Made by a program: the position numbers and the translations under genes
NCBI GenBank assembly: GCA_963699535.1
Contig: CAVOUJ010000018.1
Location: 16,417-80,416, forward strand
DNA: 64,000 nt
Direction of reading: 5' to 3'
Origin: an uncultured beta proteobacterium
GTDB lineage: Bacteria > Pseudomonadota > Gammaproteobacteria > Burkholderiales > SG8-39
Shown: positions 10,566-20,749 of the stretch, in pieces
Position numbering within the stretch: position 1 is the first letter of the stretch
How the letters are laid out: the number at the start of each line of letters is the position of its first letter
Notes under the pieces: model-generated
What the model was told of the DNA's origin: nothing
The model's input: the letters and a program-made list of their open reading frames with translations, nothing else
Database searches by the model: none

Positions 10566-10662
10566 GATGCTTCCTCCACAAACGTCACCGACTGAGATTA
10601 TCGATCATAAACACTCCTCCGGCGGCTGACCCCGCGACGCACAGTCGCCGGGCTTCCCGGCG

Positions 10663-11427
10663 TCAAGCGGCCCGGCCCTTCCCGGCCGCTTCCCACCTTC
10701 CACCGAGCGCGGCGACTCCCGCCTTCATCTGCTCGATGGCCGGCGCGACTTCGTCGGGCGAGCCGCGCACGCCGAGCTCGATATGGCGGCGTACGCCCGC
10801 CTCGCCCATGCTCGGAAGGCTGAAGGATTTGAGGCGCCGGTAGCGCGTTTCCACCTCCTGCATGAGGGGCGTGATCGTCGATTCCGGCAAGTCATAGACG
10901 ATGATCGAGGCTTCGGCTTCGGGCGCGAGATGGAACAGATGGGCATAGTGCTGGTCGAGCACCCACTCCACCATAGGCCAGGCCATGATTGGAAAGCCCG
11001 GCACGAAATGGTGATCCGCGACCGAGAAACCGGGAATCTTGTTGTACGAGTTCGGAATGATGCGGGAACCGCGCGGAAACTCGCCCATTTTCAGCCTCTG
11101 CGGCGTGACTTCCATGTCGGTACGCGAGCGTATCGCCGCCTCGGCGTCCGGATGCAAGGCGAGCGGAACACCGAGCGCATCTGCTGCGCACTGGCGGGTG
11201 TGATCGTCGGGCGTTGCGCCTATGCCGCCGAAGCTGAAGACCAGATCTCCCGAAGCGAGCGTGCGCTTGAGTGTGGTGGTGATGAGATCGGGCGTGTCGC
11301 CGAGATACTCGCACCAGTCGAGTCGCATGCCGCGCGCCGCGAGGATTGCGATGAGCTTCGCGAAATGCTTGTCTTCGCGCTTGCCGCGCATGATCTCGTC
11401 GCCGATGATGATCGCGCCGACCCTCAC
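10663..11427 (-). CDS. CinA-like molybdopterin-binding domain protein
   Basis: IIIGDEI, GGIGATPDDHT, FVPGFP. Confidence 0.85.
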   Translation of the reverse strand: MRVGAIIIGDEIMRGKREDKHFAKLIAILAARGMRLDWCEYLGDTPDLITTTLKRTLASGDLVFSFGGIGATPDDHTRQCAADALGVPLALHPDAEAAIRSRTDMEVTPQRLKMGEFPRGSRIIPNSYNKIPGFSVADHHFVPGFPIMAWPMVEWVLDQHYAHLFHLAPEAEASIIVYDLPESTITPLMQEVETRYRRLKSFSLPSMGEAGVRRHIELGVRGSPDEVAPAIEQMKAGVAALGGRWEAAGKGRAA

Positions 11428-12170
11428 ACGCGCCTCGCCTCGCCCTCGACCGGCTCGGTGCGCAGCTCACCGAGCCGAGCCAGGCCGTAGTGGATGAAGG
11501 CGAGCCCTCCGTACACGGGCATGACAAACCCCACGAGCGGAATGTGCCCGATGAGCGCGAGCGCGACGCCGAGCAGGTAGAGCTCGCCACGGCTGCGCCG
11601 GATCGTCTCGGCGATCTCTGCGGCGCTGCCGTGCTCGGCGAGTGCGTCGTAGCGGAACACGCGCTGGTTGAAATAGCCGAACAGGGCGAGCGGCAGCACG
11701 GGCCACAACGGCGGAATCAGCCACAGCGGCAGGCTGAGGATGAAAAGCATGGAAAACAGGATGAGCGCCACGAGCGCGTTCCAGACGCTTCCTGAGAAGG
11801 TACCGCCCTTTCTCCTGGCGAGATCCCGATAATCACGCTCGCTGACGTGGGCGACCATCGCCGGCATGGATACGATGCTGATGATCACGACCGCCGTGAT
11901 GAGGACCGCGGGCACGAAGAGGAACAACAGGAGAAGCCACCCGAACCACGCTGCGATCAGAGTCATCGGCCATATCGAGACCGCCCATTCGTACACCGGC
12001 CACTGGTGCAACTGGAAGTCGATCCATCGTGCCGCTTCGCTCCAGTACAGCGAGGCGAGCGTCACCCAGACGGCGAGCGCGACCAGAATTGGCCACACCA
12101 TGAGCCACAGCATCCTCGGATGCAGCAGGCTCGCGAAGGCTTTGAGCAGGGCGGAGAAGACTCTTTCCAT
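11424..12170 (-). CDS. EI24/CysZ-like membrane protein
   Basis: Hydrophobic hairpins, RVFRYDALAEH motif. Confidence 0.75.
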   Translation of the reverse strand: MERVFSALLKAFASLLHPRMLWLMVWPILVALAVWVTLASLYWSEAARWIDFQLHQWPVYEWAVSIWPMTLIAAWFGWLLLLFLFVPAVLITAVVIISIVSMPAMVAHVSERDYRDLARRKGGTFSGSVWNALVALILFSMLFILSLPLWLIPPLWPVLPLALFGYFNQRVFRYDALAEHGSAAEIAETIRRSRGELYLLGVALALIGHIPLVGFVMPVYGGLAFIHYGLARLGELRTEPVEGEARRV

Positions 12171-12176
12171 GCGGCG

Positions 12177-15100
12177 CTAGTAAGTCTGCCACATCTTCGT
12201 CAAGCGCTTGACCGAAACCGGCACTGGCGTCTTGAGCTCCTGCGCGAAGAGCTGCACGCGCAGCTCCTCGAGCAGCCAGCGGAACTGGTCCAGCCGCGGG
12301 TCGCTCGCGCTCGATTTCGCCTGCTTCGCGCGTTCGCGCTCCCACTGCGCGTGGAGCGGCGCAAATTCCGCGGCGAGGCGCGCGTCGCGCCCCGGATCGG
12401 CGCGCAGCTTGTCCAGTCGCAAACTCGCCGCTTTCAGATACCGGGGGAAATGCTGCAGTCGCTCGTAGGGGGTTTGCTCGATGAATCGCCCGGACAGGAG
12501 CTGCGCGATGCTTTCCCGGACCGTCGCGGCAAGGCTCGGGGAACGCCTTGAAAGTCTGCTGGAGCTTCTTCTGCAGCACCGCGTGCTCGGTGAGGATCGC
12601 CGTTGCAAGACGCGCGATCTCCTGGGCGAGGAGCGTCACCCGCGAGCGCGCCTCCTCGCGCCGCCGCTCGAACTCGGCTCGGGTCCGCGGCCAGGGTTCC
12701 TGCATGCAGGCGCGATCGAACGCCGCAGCGAGAAGCTGCTCCTTCAATTCCTGCCGCCCCACCGAAGGGCGCGAACTGCATTGCCATCGCCTGCAGTCCG
12801 GGGAGGTTCTTCTCGATATGGCGGGCCTGCTCTTTCAACTGCAGCATGAAAAGGCGCCGCAGTCCCGCATGGTGCGCCTCGCGCGCCTTGTCCGCCGAGT
12901 CGAACACCTCGAGGCTGACCGACCCGCCCCTGTCCAGCAGACCAGGATAGCCGATCAGCGCCTGGGAGCCGCGCCGGATCTCCATCACCTCTTCCAGGTC
13001 GCCAAACTCCCAGCCGGTGAATTCCGCTGCCGGCGCCTCGGCCTTGGCAAGCTCGGAGAACTTTGCTCCCGCCTGCTCGCCCAGCTCGGAGCGGAGCTGC
13101 GCGATGTTGCGGCCCATCGCGAGCTGGCGGCCATGCTCGTCGACGATGCGGAAATTCATCGAGAGGTGCGCGGGGAGCATTTCCGTTCTGAACGCATCCG
13201 TTGGAATGGCCAGATTCAGCTCGCGCCGCGCATAGCGGGCGATCGCCTGCGCGAGAGGCACATCCTGCGTCTCGGCTGCGAGGAAGGCGTCGACGAACTC
13301 CGGTAGCAGCCCGAGGGAGTGTCGGAGCTTATGCGGCAGCGACTTGGCAAGCCGCGTGATCTTCTCGCGCGCGAGCCCCGGCACCAGCCAGTCCGCCTTC
13401 GCCGCGTCGATCTGATTGAGCGCGAGGAGCGGCGCTGTGAGCGTCACGCCGTCCTTCGGCGACCCCGGCTCGTGGTGGTACTCGAGCGCGAAGCTGCTTC
13501 CTCCCATGCGGACCTCGTGCGGGAACTGCGCGGTGGTGATCCCCGCCGCCTCGTGACGCATCAGGTCCTCGCGCTTGAGAAACAGCAGCTTCGGATTCGC
13601 GCCCTCGGCCTCGCGCCGCCAGCGCTCGAAGTCCGCGCCGTTGTGGATACCTTCCGGGATCAGGCTCTCGTAGAAAGCGTAGATCAGCTCGTCGTCGACG
13701 AGCACGTCGGGGCGGCGCGACTTGTGCTCGAGCTGCTCGATCTCGCGCACCAGCCGGCGGTTGTGCCCGAAAAACGGCGCGCGGGTCTCGTAGTCACCTT
13801 CGACGAGAGCCTGGCGGATGAAGATCTTTCTCGACTCCGCGGGGTCCATCGGGCCGTAGTGCACGCGCCGGTTCGCATACAAAGGCAGCCCGTAGAGCGT
13901 CGCGCGCTCGAAGGCAGCGACGTGCGCGGGCCTTCTCTCCCAGTGCGGCTCGAAACGGTGACGCTTGACGAGGTGCGCGCCCACCGATTCCAGCCACTCC
14001 GGGTCGATCGAGGCGACGCAGCGCGCGTACAGCCGCGTCGTTTCGGTGATCTCCGCCGCCATCAGCCAGCGGCCCGCTTTCTTGCCCACGCCCGACCCGG
14101 GATGGACCCAGAAGCGGATTCCGCGCGCACCGAGGAAATTTCCCTCCTCGGTCTTCATGCCGATGTTGCCGAGGAGGCCCGCGAGCAGCGAGCGGTGTAT
14201 CTGCGCATAGGTCGCCGGCGTTCCCGAGGCGCGCCAGCCGAGCTCGGCGGTCAGTTCCTTGAGCTGGGCGTGGATGTCGCGCCACTCGCGCATGCGGTTG
14301 AAGGAGAGGAAGTGTTCGCGGCAGGCTTCGCGCAGCTTGCGGCCGGATTTCCGGTGCGCGAGCGCTTCCTCGAAGAACTTCCACAGCTTGAGCCACGCAA
14401 GGAAATCGGACTTTTCGTCGTCGAAGCGCTTCTGCGCCTCGTCCGCCGCGCCGGCGCGCTCTGCGGGCCGCTCGCGCGGGTCCTGCACCGAGAGCGCCGC
14501 GGCGATGACCAGCACTTCGGCCAAGGCGTTTTCGGCCCTGGCTGCGAGCACCATGCGGCCGATACGCGGATCGACCGGGCAGCTTCGCCAGCTGCCTGCC
14601 GACGTCGGTCAGCTCATTGCCTTCGTCCACCGCGCCCAGCTCGGCGAGCAGCGCGTAGCCGTCCTGGATCGCGCGCGGCGCGGGCGGATCGATGAAGGGA
14701 AAGTCCTCGACCTCGCCCAGGCCGAGCGACTTCATCCGAAGAATCACGTTGGCGAGCGATGAACGCAGCACCTCTGGATCGGTGAATTCCGGGCGCCGCT
14801 CGAACTCGTCCTCGGCGTAGAGGCGCACGCAGACCCCGCTCGCGACCCGCCCGCAGCGGCCCGCACGCTGTTTCGCGGCGGCGCGCGAAATATTCTCGAC
14901 GCGCAGCTGCTCGACCTTGTTGCGGTAGCTGTAGCGCTTGACGCGCGCAAGGCCCGTGTCCACGACATAGCGCACGCCCGGCACGGTGAGCGAGGTCTCG
15001 GCGACGTTGGTCGCGAGCACGATGCGACGTCCGCCGTGCGGCTTGAACACGCGCTCCTGCTCTTCTGCCGAGAGCCGCGCGAACAGGGGCAGGATCTCGG

Positions 15101-15909
15101 TGTGCGGGGGATGATGCTTCCTCAGCGTCTCCGCCGCCTCGCGGATCTCGCGTTCGCCGGGCAGGAACACGAGGACGTCGCCCTCGCCCCGGCGCGCCAG
15201 CTCGTCCGCCGCGTCGCTGATCGCGTCGTTGAGATCGTAGTCGTCGCCATCCGACTCGACCGGGTGGTAGCGGATCTCCACGGGATAGAGCCGCCCCGAA
15301 ACCTCGATGACCGGCGCAGATCTTCCGTCCGTCTCGAAATGCTTCGAGAAACGCTCCGCGTCGATCGTCGCGGAAGTGATGACGAGCTTAAGATCCGGAC
15401 GCCTCGGCAGGAGCTGCTTTACGTACCCGAGCAGGAAGTCGATGTTGAGGCTGCGCTCGTGCGCCTCGTCGATGATCAGCGTGTCGTACTGGCGAAGCTC
15501 GCGGTCTCCCTGCGTCTCGGCGAGCAGGATGCCGTCGGTCATGATCTTGATGTAGGAGCGCGGACTCGACCTTGTCGGTGAAGCGGATCTTGTAGCCGAC
15601 GGCTCCGCCGAGCTCCGTCTTCAGCTCCTGCGCGACGCGGGCGGCGGTCGCGCGCGCGGCGATCCTGCGCGGCTGGGTGTGGCCGATGAGCCCGCGGATG
15701 CCGCGCTCGAGCTCCAGGCAGATCTTCGGGAGCTGCGTGGTCTTGCCCGACCCGGTTTCCCCGCAGACGATCACGACCTGGTGCGCGGAGATGGCCTCGG
15801 CGATCTCCTTGCGCTTAGCGCAGATCGGCAGCTCCGGCGGAAACTCGGGGCGCGGCCGCAGCGCGCGTCGCCGCTCGATCTCGGCCGGAGAGAACGTCAT
15901 CAGCGGCAA
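12177..15909 (-). CDS. hrpA: ATP-dependent RNA helicase HrpA (split by at least 4 frameshifts, likely sequencing errors)
   Basis: [35 protein letters not shown]-terminal [17 protein letters not shown] spread over consecutive ORFs. Confidence 0.9.
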
Positions 15910-15934
15910 ATGCGCGTGCCGTCGACCCCGCTGA

Positions 15935-16522
15935 TCATTTCCGGCGGAGAAGGCGTTCCGCGTAGCGCGCGAGCGGATCGACTTCCAGGTTCACGCGGTC
16001 GCCTTTGCGCAGGTGCCCGAGCGTGGTCACGGCCAGGGTGTGTGGAATCAGGTTGACCTCGAACTCGGCGCCCCGCACCACGTTCACGGTGAGACTCACG
16101 CCGTGCACCGCGATCGAGCCCTTGCGCGCGATGTAGCGCGCAAGCCCGGCCGGCGCGCGCACCCGGAGCCGTCGGCTCGCGCCCTCGGGCTCGAAGCGCG
16201 TGACTTTCCCGATGCCGTCGATGTGACCGAGAACGAAGTGACCGTCGAGCTTGTCGGAGAGCCGCAGAGACTTCTCCAGGTTGACCTCGCCGGCGCGGTC
16301 GAGCCCGGCGGTGCAGCGCAGGGTCTCGCGGGACACATCGACGCCGAAGCTTTTCTTTCCGCGCCTCACCACGGTGAGGCAGGCGCCGTTGACCGCGATG
16401 CTGTCGCCCACCGCAACGTCGCTCAAGCGCAGCGCGACCGCGTCAATGGCGAGGCTCACTCCACCCTTGGCCGGCTTGACGCCGGTGATTTTGCCGACAG
16501 CGGCTATGATTCCGGTAAACAT
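15935..16522 (-). CDS. ribE: Riboflavin synthase alpha chain
   Basis: MFTGII N-terminus, [17 protein letters not shown] repeats. Confidence 0.95.
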   Translation of the reverse strand: MFTGIIAAVGKITGVKPAKGGVSLAIDAVALRLSDVAVGDSIAVNGACLTVVRRGKKSFGVDVSRETLRCTAGLDRAGEVNLEKSLRLSDKLDGHFVLGHIDGIGKVTRFEPEGASRRLRVRAPAGLARYIARKGSIAVHGVSLTVNVVRGAEFEVNLIPHTLAVTTLGHLRKGDRVNLEVDPLARYAERLLRRK

Positions 16523-16585
16523 GGAAAAGAATTCTACTTGGCTTTGTCCGGCGAGTCGCCGCGGCCAACTGCACCGGCGCGGCCG

Positions 16586-17044
16586 ATGAAGTTCCTGAGG
16601 GCAGTCCGGCTGGACGCTTCCGACGATCTCGTTTATTCCGAGAGCGGCGCCGCCCGCGACGGAGAGTGGCTGGTTTCGGGGGGCTACACCGTGTGCGATC
16701 CCTCAGGAAGCAGCCACCGCACGCCCAAATGCCGTTGCCTCACCTCATTCGTCGCTGTGGACAGCCACGGGCGTAGCACGCTCGCCGAAGTCGCGGAGAT
16801 CGACGAGGCGGAGTACCAGCAAGTCATAGAGCGCCTGACGCGACATTTCACCGACGACCTCGGCGCGCCTACGGTGGAGGCGGCGCGCGCCGCCGCACAA
16901 GACGAGGCCGAGTACACGGCCGGCTTGTGCGAAAGCTTCAGCTCGGAGGTCTGGATTACGGTTGAGCGCACTCCTGCCGGCGAAGGCGTCGAGGAGCACT
17001 ACTCGGTGTTCAAGCGGCTGATGATCGGGGGCCACAAGCTCTGA
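16586..17044 (+). CDS. DUF6505-like hypothetical protein
   Basis: MKFLRAVRLDASDDLVY...GEWLVSGG...GAPTVEAARAAAQDE resembles DUF6505 (recognised from memory). Confidence 0.55.
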   Translation: MKFLRAVRLDASDDLVYSESGAARDGEWLVSGGYTVCDPSGSSHRTPKCRCLTSFVAVDSHGRSTLAEVAEIDEAEYQQVIERLTRHFTDDLGAPTVEAARAAAQDEAEYTAGLCESFSSEVWITVERTPAGEGVEEHYSVFKRLMIGGHKL

Positions 17045-17419
17045 ATCGGCCCCGAGCGGCCGGGAATCTCGTGTCAGCTGGGGGCCTTGGAGAGTTCCTT
17101 TTTCGGAGCATTCGAGCCGGCCGTTTTCGCGCTCTGCTTCCCCAGCTTCTTCGCCCGCTTGGCTATCCCCGCGGAGTCCTTCCTCGCTCTTTTCTTCCTT
17201 CGCCTGGTCTCCAGCATCTTGGAGTGAGTCACGTGAGTCAAAACGGGCCTCCGGTCAATGAGTTGTCCGATGCCCCGATTCTAGGGCACGAACGCCGCGA
17301 TCGCTACGCCTTATGCAGAAACAGCAGGCTTGCGTCCATCCGGGAAGGAAACAATCCCTGGCCCTTACGTGCGCTTACGCACAGAGCGGACCGGCCGGGA
17401 AGGGTACATTGGGGATCCT

Positions 17420-17635
17420 ATGATCTTCGGGTGGCCTCTGATGTGGTTTGGCATATTCGTCGTCGGATACGTCATATTCATCGCCGGCGTGGCGATTGGC
17501 GCCCATTTGCTCGACGCGCCTCCGCAGTGGATCGGCGTCGGCATTCTCTGCCTGGTCGGGTTAGCGATCGTCCATGGCGTGAAGGCGACCCGACAAAAAG
17601 ATACCCCGCTCGCTTACCCCCCCAGTCCGAAATAG
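17420..17635 (+). CDS. Small two-TM membrane protein
   Basis: Two hydrophobic helices followed by KATRQKD. Confidence 0.6.
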   Translation: MIFGWPLMWFGIFVVGYVIFIAGVAIGAHLLDAPPQWIGVGILCLVGLAIVHGVKATRQKDTPLAYPPSPK

Positions 17636-17657
17636 CCACTCGATTCGAAGCCGGTTC

Positions 17658-18761
17658 TCAGAGCTTCAAGGCCTTGTAAAGGAACGGCAGACTGACATCC
17701 ATCCGGTAGTCGACGTCGGAGTGGTCGTCATCGAATTCTTCGTAGGTATGCCGGATGCCAGCCTGAGCGAGGCGCTTGGAGAGAATCCGCGCGCCGTAAT
17801 GGATGTGGTACTGGTCGCGCCAGCCGCAATCGATGTAGACGCCAGAGAGCGACTTCAAGTTGTCGCGGTATCGTGCGACGAGGCGGATCGGGTCGTGCTC
17901 TCGCCACTTGCGCCAGCGCTCTTCGATCGCTTCGCCGGATTCGAGGTTGAACGGAACGCGAAAGCGGTTGGGTGCCTTCGGGTCCGGGTCGTAGGTCGCC
18001 GCCATGCACAGGTTCATGATGCAGTGACCCTCGGCGGTCGAGAGCTTTTCCTTTTTCCACACGTACGCAAGGAAGCGCTTGATGCGCCCATCGTCCCGCC
18101 CTTCAGCGAGGCCCTTGCGGTTCGACTCGCCGCGCGCGTCGTATCGCCCGGCCTTGCGCTTGGGCGCGCGGTGCTTGGCCAATTCATTGAGCGTATTCGG
18201 CCAGTCGTGCCAGTAAACGAAATCGAAATACGCATCTCCGGAGTGGTTCGCGATCGCGCCCCAGTGCTTCGCGTACTTCATGCCGTGGATGATCGCGCCG
18301 TATCCGCCGGATGATTTTCCGAAGCAGCCGCGGTGCTCGCGGCTCGCAAGTGTCCTGAATTCGTGGTCCACGAAGGGAATGATCTCGCGTGTGAGATAGT
18401 CGGCGTAGTTCCCGATCGCCGACGAATTCACGTACTGGTTGCCGCCGAGCGCAGTGAAGCAATCGGGAAAGACGATGATCGCCGGCCCCATCTTCCGCTC
18501 GTGGATGAGCCGCGCCGCGCGCTCCGGGACGTTGTCGCCGAAGGGCTTCCAGTTCGCGTGTGCGAGGCCGGAGCCCGTGAAGCCGACGAGGTCGTAGAGC
18601 ACCGGGAAGCGGCGGTTGCCGCCTTCGTCGTACTGCGGCGGCAGCCATACTCCGAGCTTGCGCACGTGCGGATCGCGCAAGGGGTTGTCCTTGAGGATGT
18701 TCGATGCGTGCTCGAGCACGAGGAGAGTGCCGGCGGGGCCTTGGGGGCGTTTGAGGGCCAT
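17658..18761 (-). CDS. Putative esterase (Fes/PF00756-like alpha/beta hydrolase)
   Basis: WLPPQYD, FPVLYDL, GKSSGG nucleophile motif, EEFDDDH. Confidence 0.8.
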   Translation of the reverse strand: MALKRPQGPAGTLLVLEHASNILKDNPLRDPHVRKLGVWLPPQYDEGGNRRFPVLYDLVGFTGSGLAHANWKPFGDNVPERAARLIHERKMGPAIIVFPDCFTALGGNQYVNSSAIGNYADYLTREIIPFVDHEFRTLASREHRGCFGKSSGGYGAIIHGMKYAKHWGAIANHSGDAYFDFVYWHDWPNTLNELAKHRAPKRKAGRYDARGESNRKGLAEGRDDGRIKRFLAYVWKKEKLSTAEGHCIMNLCMAATYDPDPKAPNRFRVPFNLESGEAIEERWRKWREHDPIRLVARYRDNLKSLSGVYIDCGWRDQYHIHYGARILSKRLAQAGIRHTYEEFDDDHSDVDYRMDVSLPFLYKALKL

Positions 18762-18989
18762 GCGTATTCTCAGATCTGGCGATGCTACGCGATTGTGGCA
18801 TACCGAAGCTGGATACGACTCAAAGTCCTAAGCCCTCAAACAGGCATAGAATGCTCTCGACGCGCGTGCGAGTTCAGGATTGGCGGCGTCAGACTTGGGT
18901 TCGGATCTTTAGTGGAGCCAATGGAGTCCATCGAGTCGGCGCTGAAGGTGTGCGGTTCCGGAGAATAGGCACTGGAGACAATCCCATGA

Positions 18990-19970
18990 TTGCCTCGCAC
19001 CGTATCGCTTGCCGCGCTCGCCGCAATCGCCTTGTCGCTCGCCTCGCACCCGGCCGCGCCCCAGAGTTTCGCGCCGACGAGGCCGGTGAAGGTCGTCTCC
19101 CCCTTTCCCAGTGGACTCGGCCCGGACGTCGTCGCCCGGGTCCTCGCCGACCGGCTGACGAAGGTCTGGAACCAGCAGGTGATCGTCGAACCGAGGCCGG
19201 GCGCGCATGGAATCCTCGCGATCGGCGCGATAAAGAAGGGCAAACCGGACGGTCACGAACTGGGCTTCATCAGCATGGGACACCTCGCGATCAACCCGAA
19301 CCTCTTGAAAAGCATCCCCTACGATCCGGAGAGGGACTTCGCGCTGCTCTCGATGGTATACCGCACGCCGTTCTACCTCGTCGTATCGACCGCCGGCGCG
19401 CACCGCAGCATCCCAGAATTGATCGCTCACGCAAAGGCAAACCCCGACAAGCTGACCTACAGTTCGCCTTCCGTCGGCAGCGTGCCGCATCTGGGCGGCG
19501 CGCTGCTCGCCTTCATGACCGATACCCGAATGGTTCACGTTCCGTACAAGGAAGGGCAACAGCCGTACCTGGCGGTCGCAAACGGCGACGTGGACTGGAC
19601 GCTGGGCTCGATGGGCTCGGTCATGCCTCTGGTCAATGCCGGGAAAATCAGAATCCTCGCCGTGACCACGAGATCGCGGCTGCCAAACCGCGCCGACATT
19701 CCGACGGTCGAGGAGGCGGGCGGGCCGGCCGGCTTCTTCGTCGATTCGTGGGGCTCGATGGTCGCACCGGCGAGCGTACCGGCGGATGTGGCGAGAAGCC
19801 TGGCGTTGGACATCGCAGCGGCTCTCGCCCACCCTGAGGTCGTCGAAGGCCTTCGGCGCATAGGATTCGAGGCCTCGCCTTCCACCCCTGCGCAGCTCGC
19901 GGAGGTCCTGCAGTCCGACCTCAAGAAATACGGTGAACTGATCAAGCGCGTAGGGGTGCAGCCGGAGTGA
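18990..19970 (+). CDS. TctC/Bug tripartite tricarboxylate transporter substrate-binding protein
   Basis: PVKVVSPFPSG, PDGH, HVPYK, IPTVEEAG. Confidence 0.88.
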   Translation: MPRTVSLAALAAIALSLASHPAAPQSFAPTRPVKVVSPFPSGLGPDVVARVLADRLTKVWNQQVIVEPRPGAHGILAIGAIKKGKPDGHELGFISMGHLAINPNLLKSIPYDPERDFALLSMVYRTPFYLVVSTAGAHRSIPELIAHAKANPDKLTYSSPSVGSVPHLGGALLAFMTDTRMVHVPYKEGQQPYLAVANGDVDWTLGSMGSVMPLVNAGKIRILAVTTRSRLPNRADIPTVEEAGGPAGFFVDSWGSMVAPASVPADVARSLALDIAAALAHPEVVEGLRRIGFEASPSTPAQLAEVLQSDLKKYGELIKRVGVQPE

Positions 19971-20115
19971 GCAGCGCGGTGCGCGCCCTACCGAGGAGCC
20001 GGGTCGGCCCTCTGCAGGCGAAGCCAGCGTCTCTGTGGCTTTCTAAGGTATTCCCCGAGGTCGTCTAGGGAACGCACCTAGAGACACGGCTCGCTCCCGG
20101 CCTTATGCTGCCCTC

Positions 20116-20205
20116 ACGATTGGAAGCATCAATCGTCCCGACGCCTCGCTCTCCCCTCCCTAAGCGAGCGACGGGCAAAGCCGCGGGAAACCGCGGCTTT
20201 TTTTT
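20116..20205 (+). ncRNA. Candidate anti-SD small RNA (betaproteobacterial toxic-sRNA-like)
   Basis: -10 TATGCT at 20104-20109; three hairpins, the middle one with loop CTCCCCTCCCTA; ends in a GAAA-loop terminator with T8. Confidence 0.6.
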
Positions 20206-20277
20206 GTCCCAAGAGGCTCGGCGCGCCGTCTGATCGGGGCAGGCGAGCCAAGAGAATTCGGTTACCCCGCTCGGGGT

Positions 20278-20724
20278 CTATCTCTGTCGCGCGGCGGCTT
20301 CGCGCGCCACCAGGGCGCCTTCCGCGTCGCCGCGCGCCTCACGCGCCTGGGCGATGAGGCGCCAGTTCTCCGCACGCAGGGCGGGATCGTCCCGCGCCCA
20401 GGTGTTGGAGCGCGCCGCGAGGCCTTCGACCTGCATGTAATCGCCCTGCGCGAGACGCACCCGCGCGAGTTCCTGCCACACGCGCGGGTTTCGCGGCTCG
20501 ATCCTGAGCGCGCGCTCGAGCGATGCCGCGGCGTTTGCCAGGCGCCCGGCTTGCGTGTCCGCCTGCGCGCTTTCCATCAGGCTTGCGATCGCGACTGTCT
20601 CGGTGCGCGATGCTTCCGCGGGAGGCGCAGGCTCGGGCGTCGGAGCGCTCGGCTGCATCGGCAGGCTTGTGCACGCCGAAAGGAGCGCGGCGAGGGCAAC
20701 GAGCGAAGACCTGCGGACGTTCAT
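20278..20724 (-). CDS. TPR lipoprotein, LpoP-like PBP1B activator
   Basis: Lipobox LSAC, Pro-rich linker, AAASLERALRIEPRNP TPR; directly downstream of mrcB as for Pseudomonas lpoP. Confidence 0.75.
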   Translation of the reverse strand: MNVRRSSLVALAALLSACTSLPMQPSAPTPEPAPPAEASRTETVAIASLMESAQADTQAGRLANAAASLERALRIEPRNPRVWQELARVRLAQGDYMQVEGLAARSNTWARDDPALRAENWRLIAQAREARGDAEGALVAREAAARQR

Positions 20725-20749
20725 GGTCCGCTATTCTCCGCCAATTCTG

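Noticed and set aside
7897-10581. 894-aa ORF suggesting a long N-terminal extension or fusion on fcs
   Set aside because: The N-terminal ~270 aa is an Arg-rich shadow frame of the enoyl-CoA hydratase gene; fcs starts at the GTG at 9762
12177-15909. hrpA as a true pseudogene or programmed frameshift
   Set aside because: Single-base indels with fully conserved motifs, and similar indels throughout the window, point to sequencing error
16523-16585. FMN riboswitch upstream of riboflavin synthase
   Set aside because: The intergenic gap is only ~60 nt and lacks RFN motifs
17050-17240. Possible small Lys-rich ORF on the minus strand (MLETRRRKKK.../AKRAKKLGKQSAK)
   Set aside because: It needs a frameshift and has no recognisable homology; cannot be supported
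18770-18985. Possible riboswitch in the leader of tctC
   Set aside because: No known aptamer consensus or terminator was recognised
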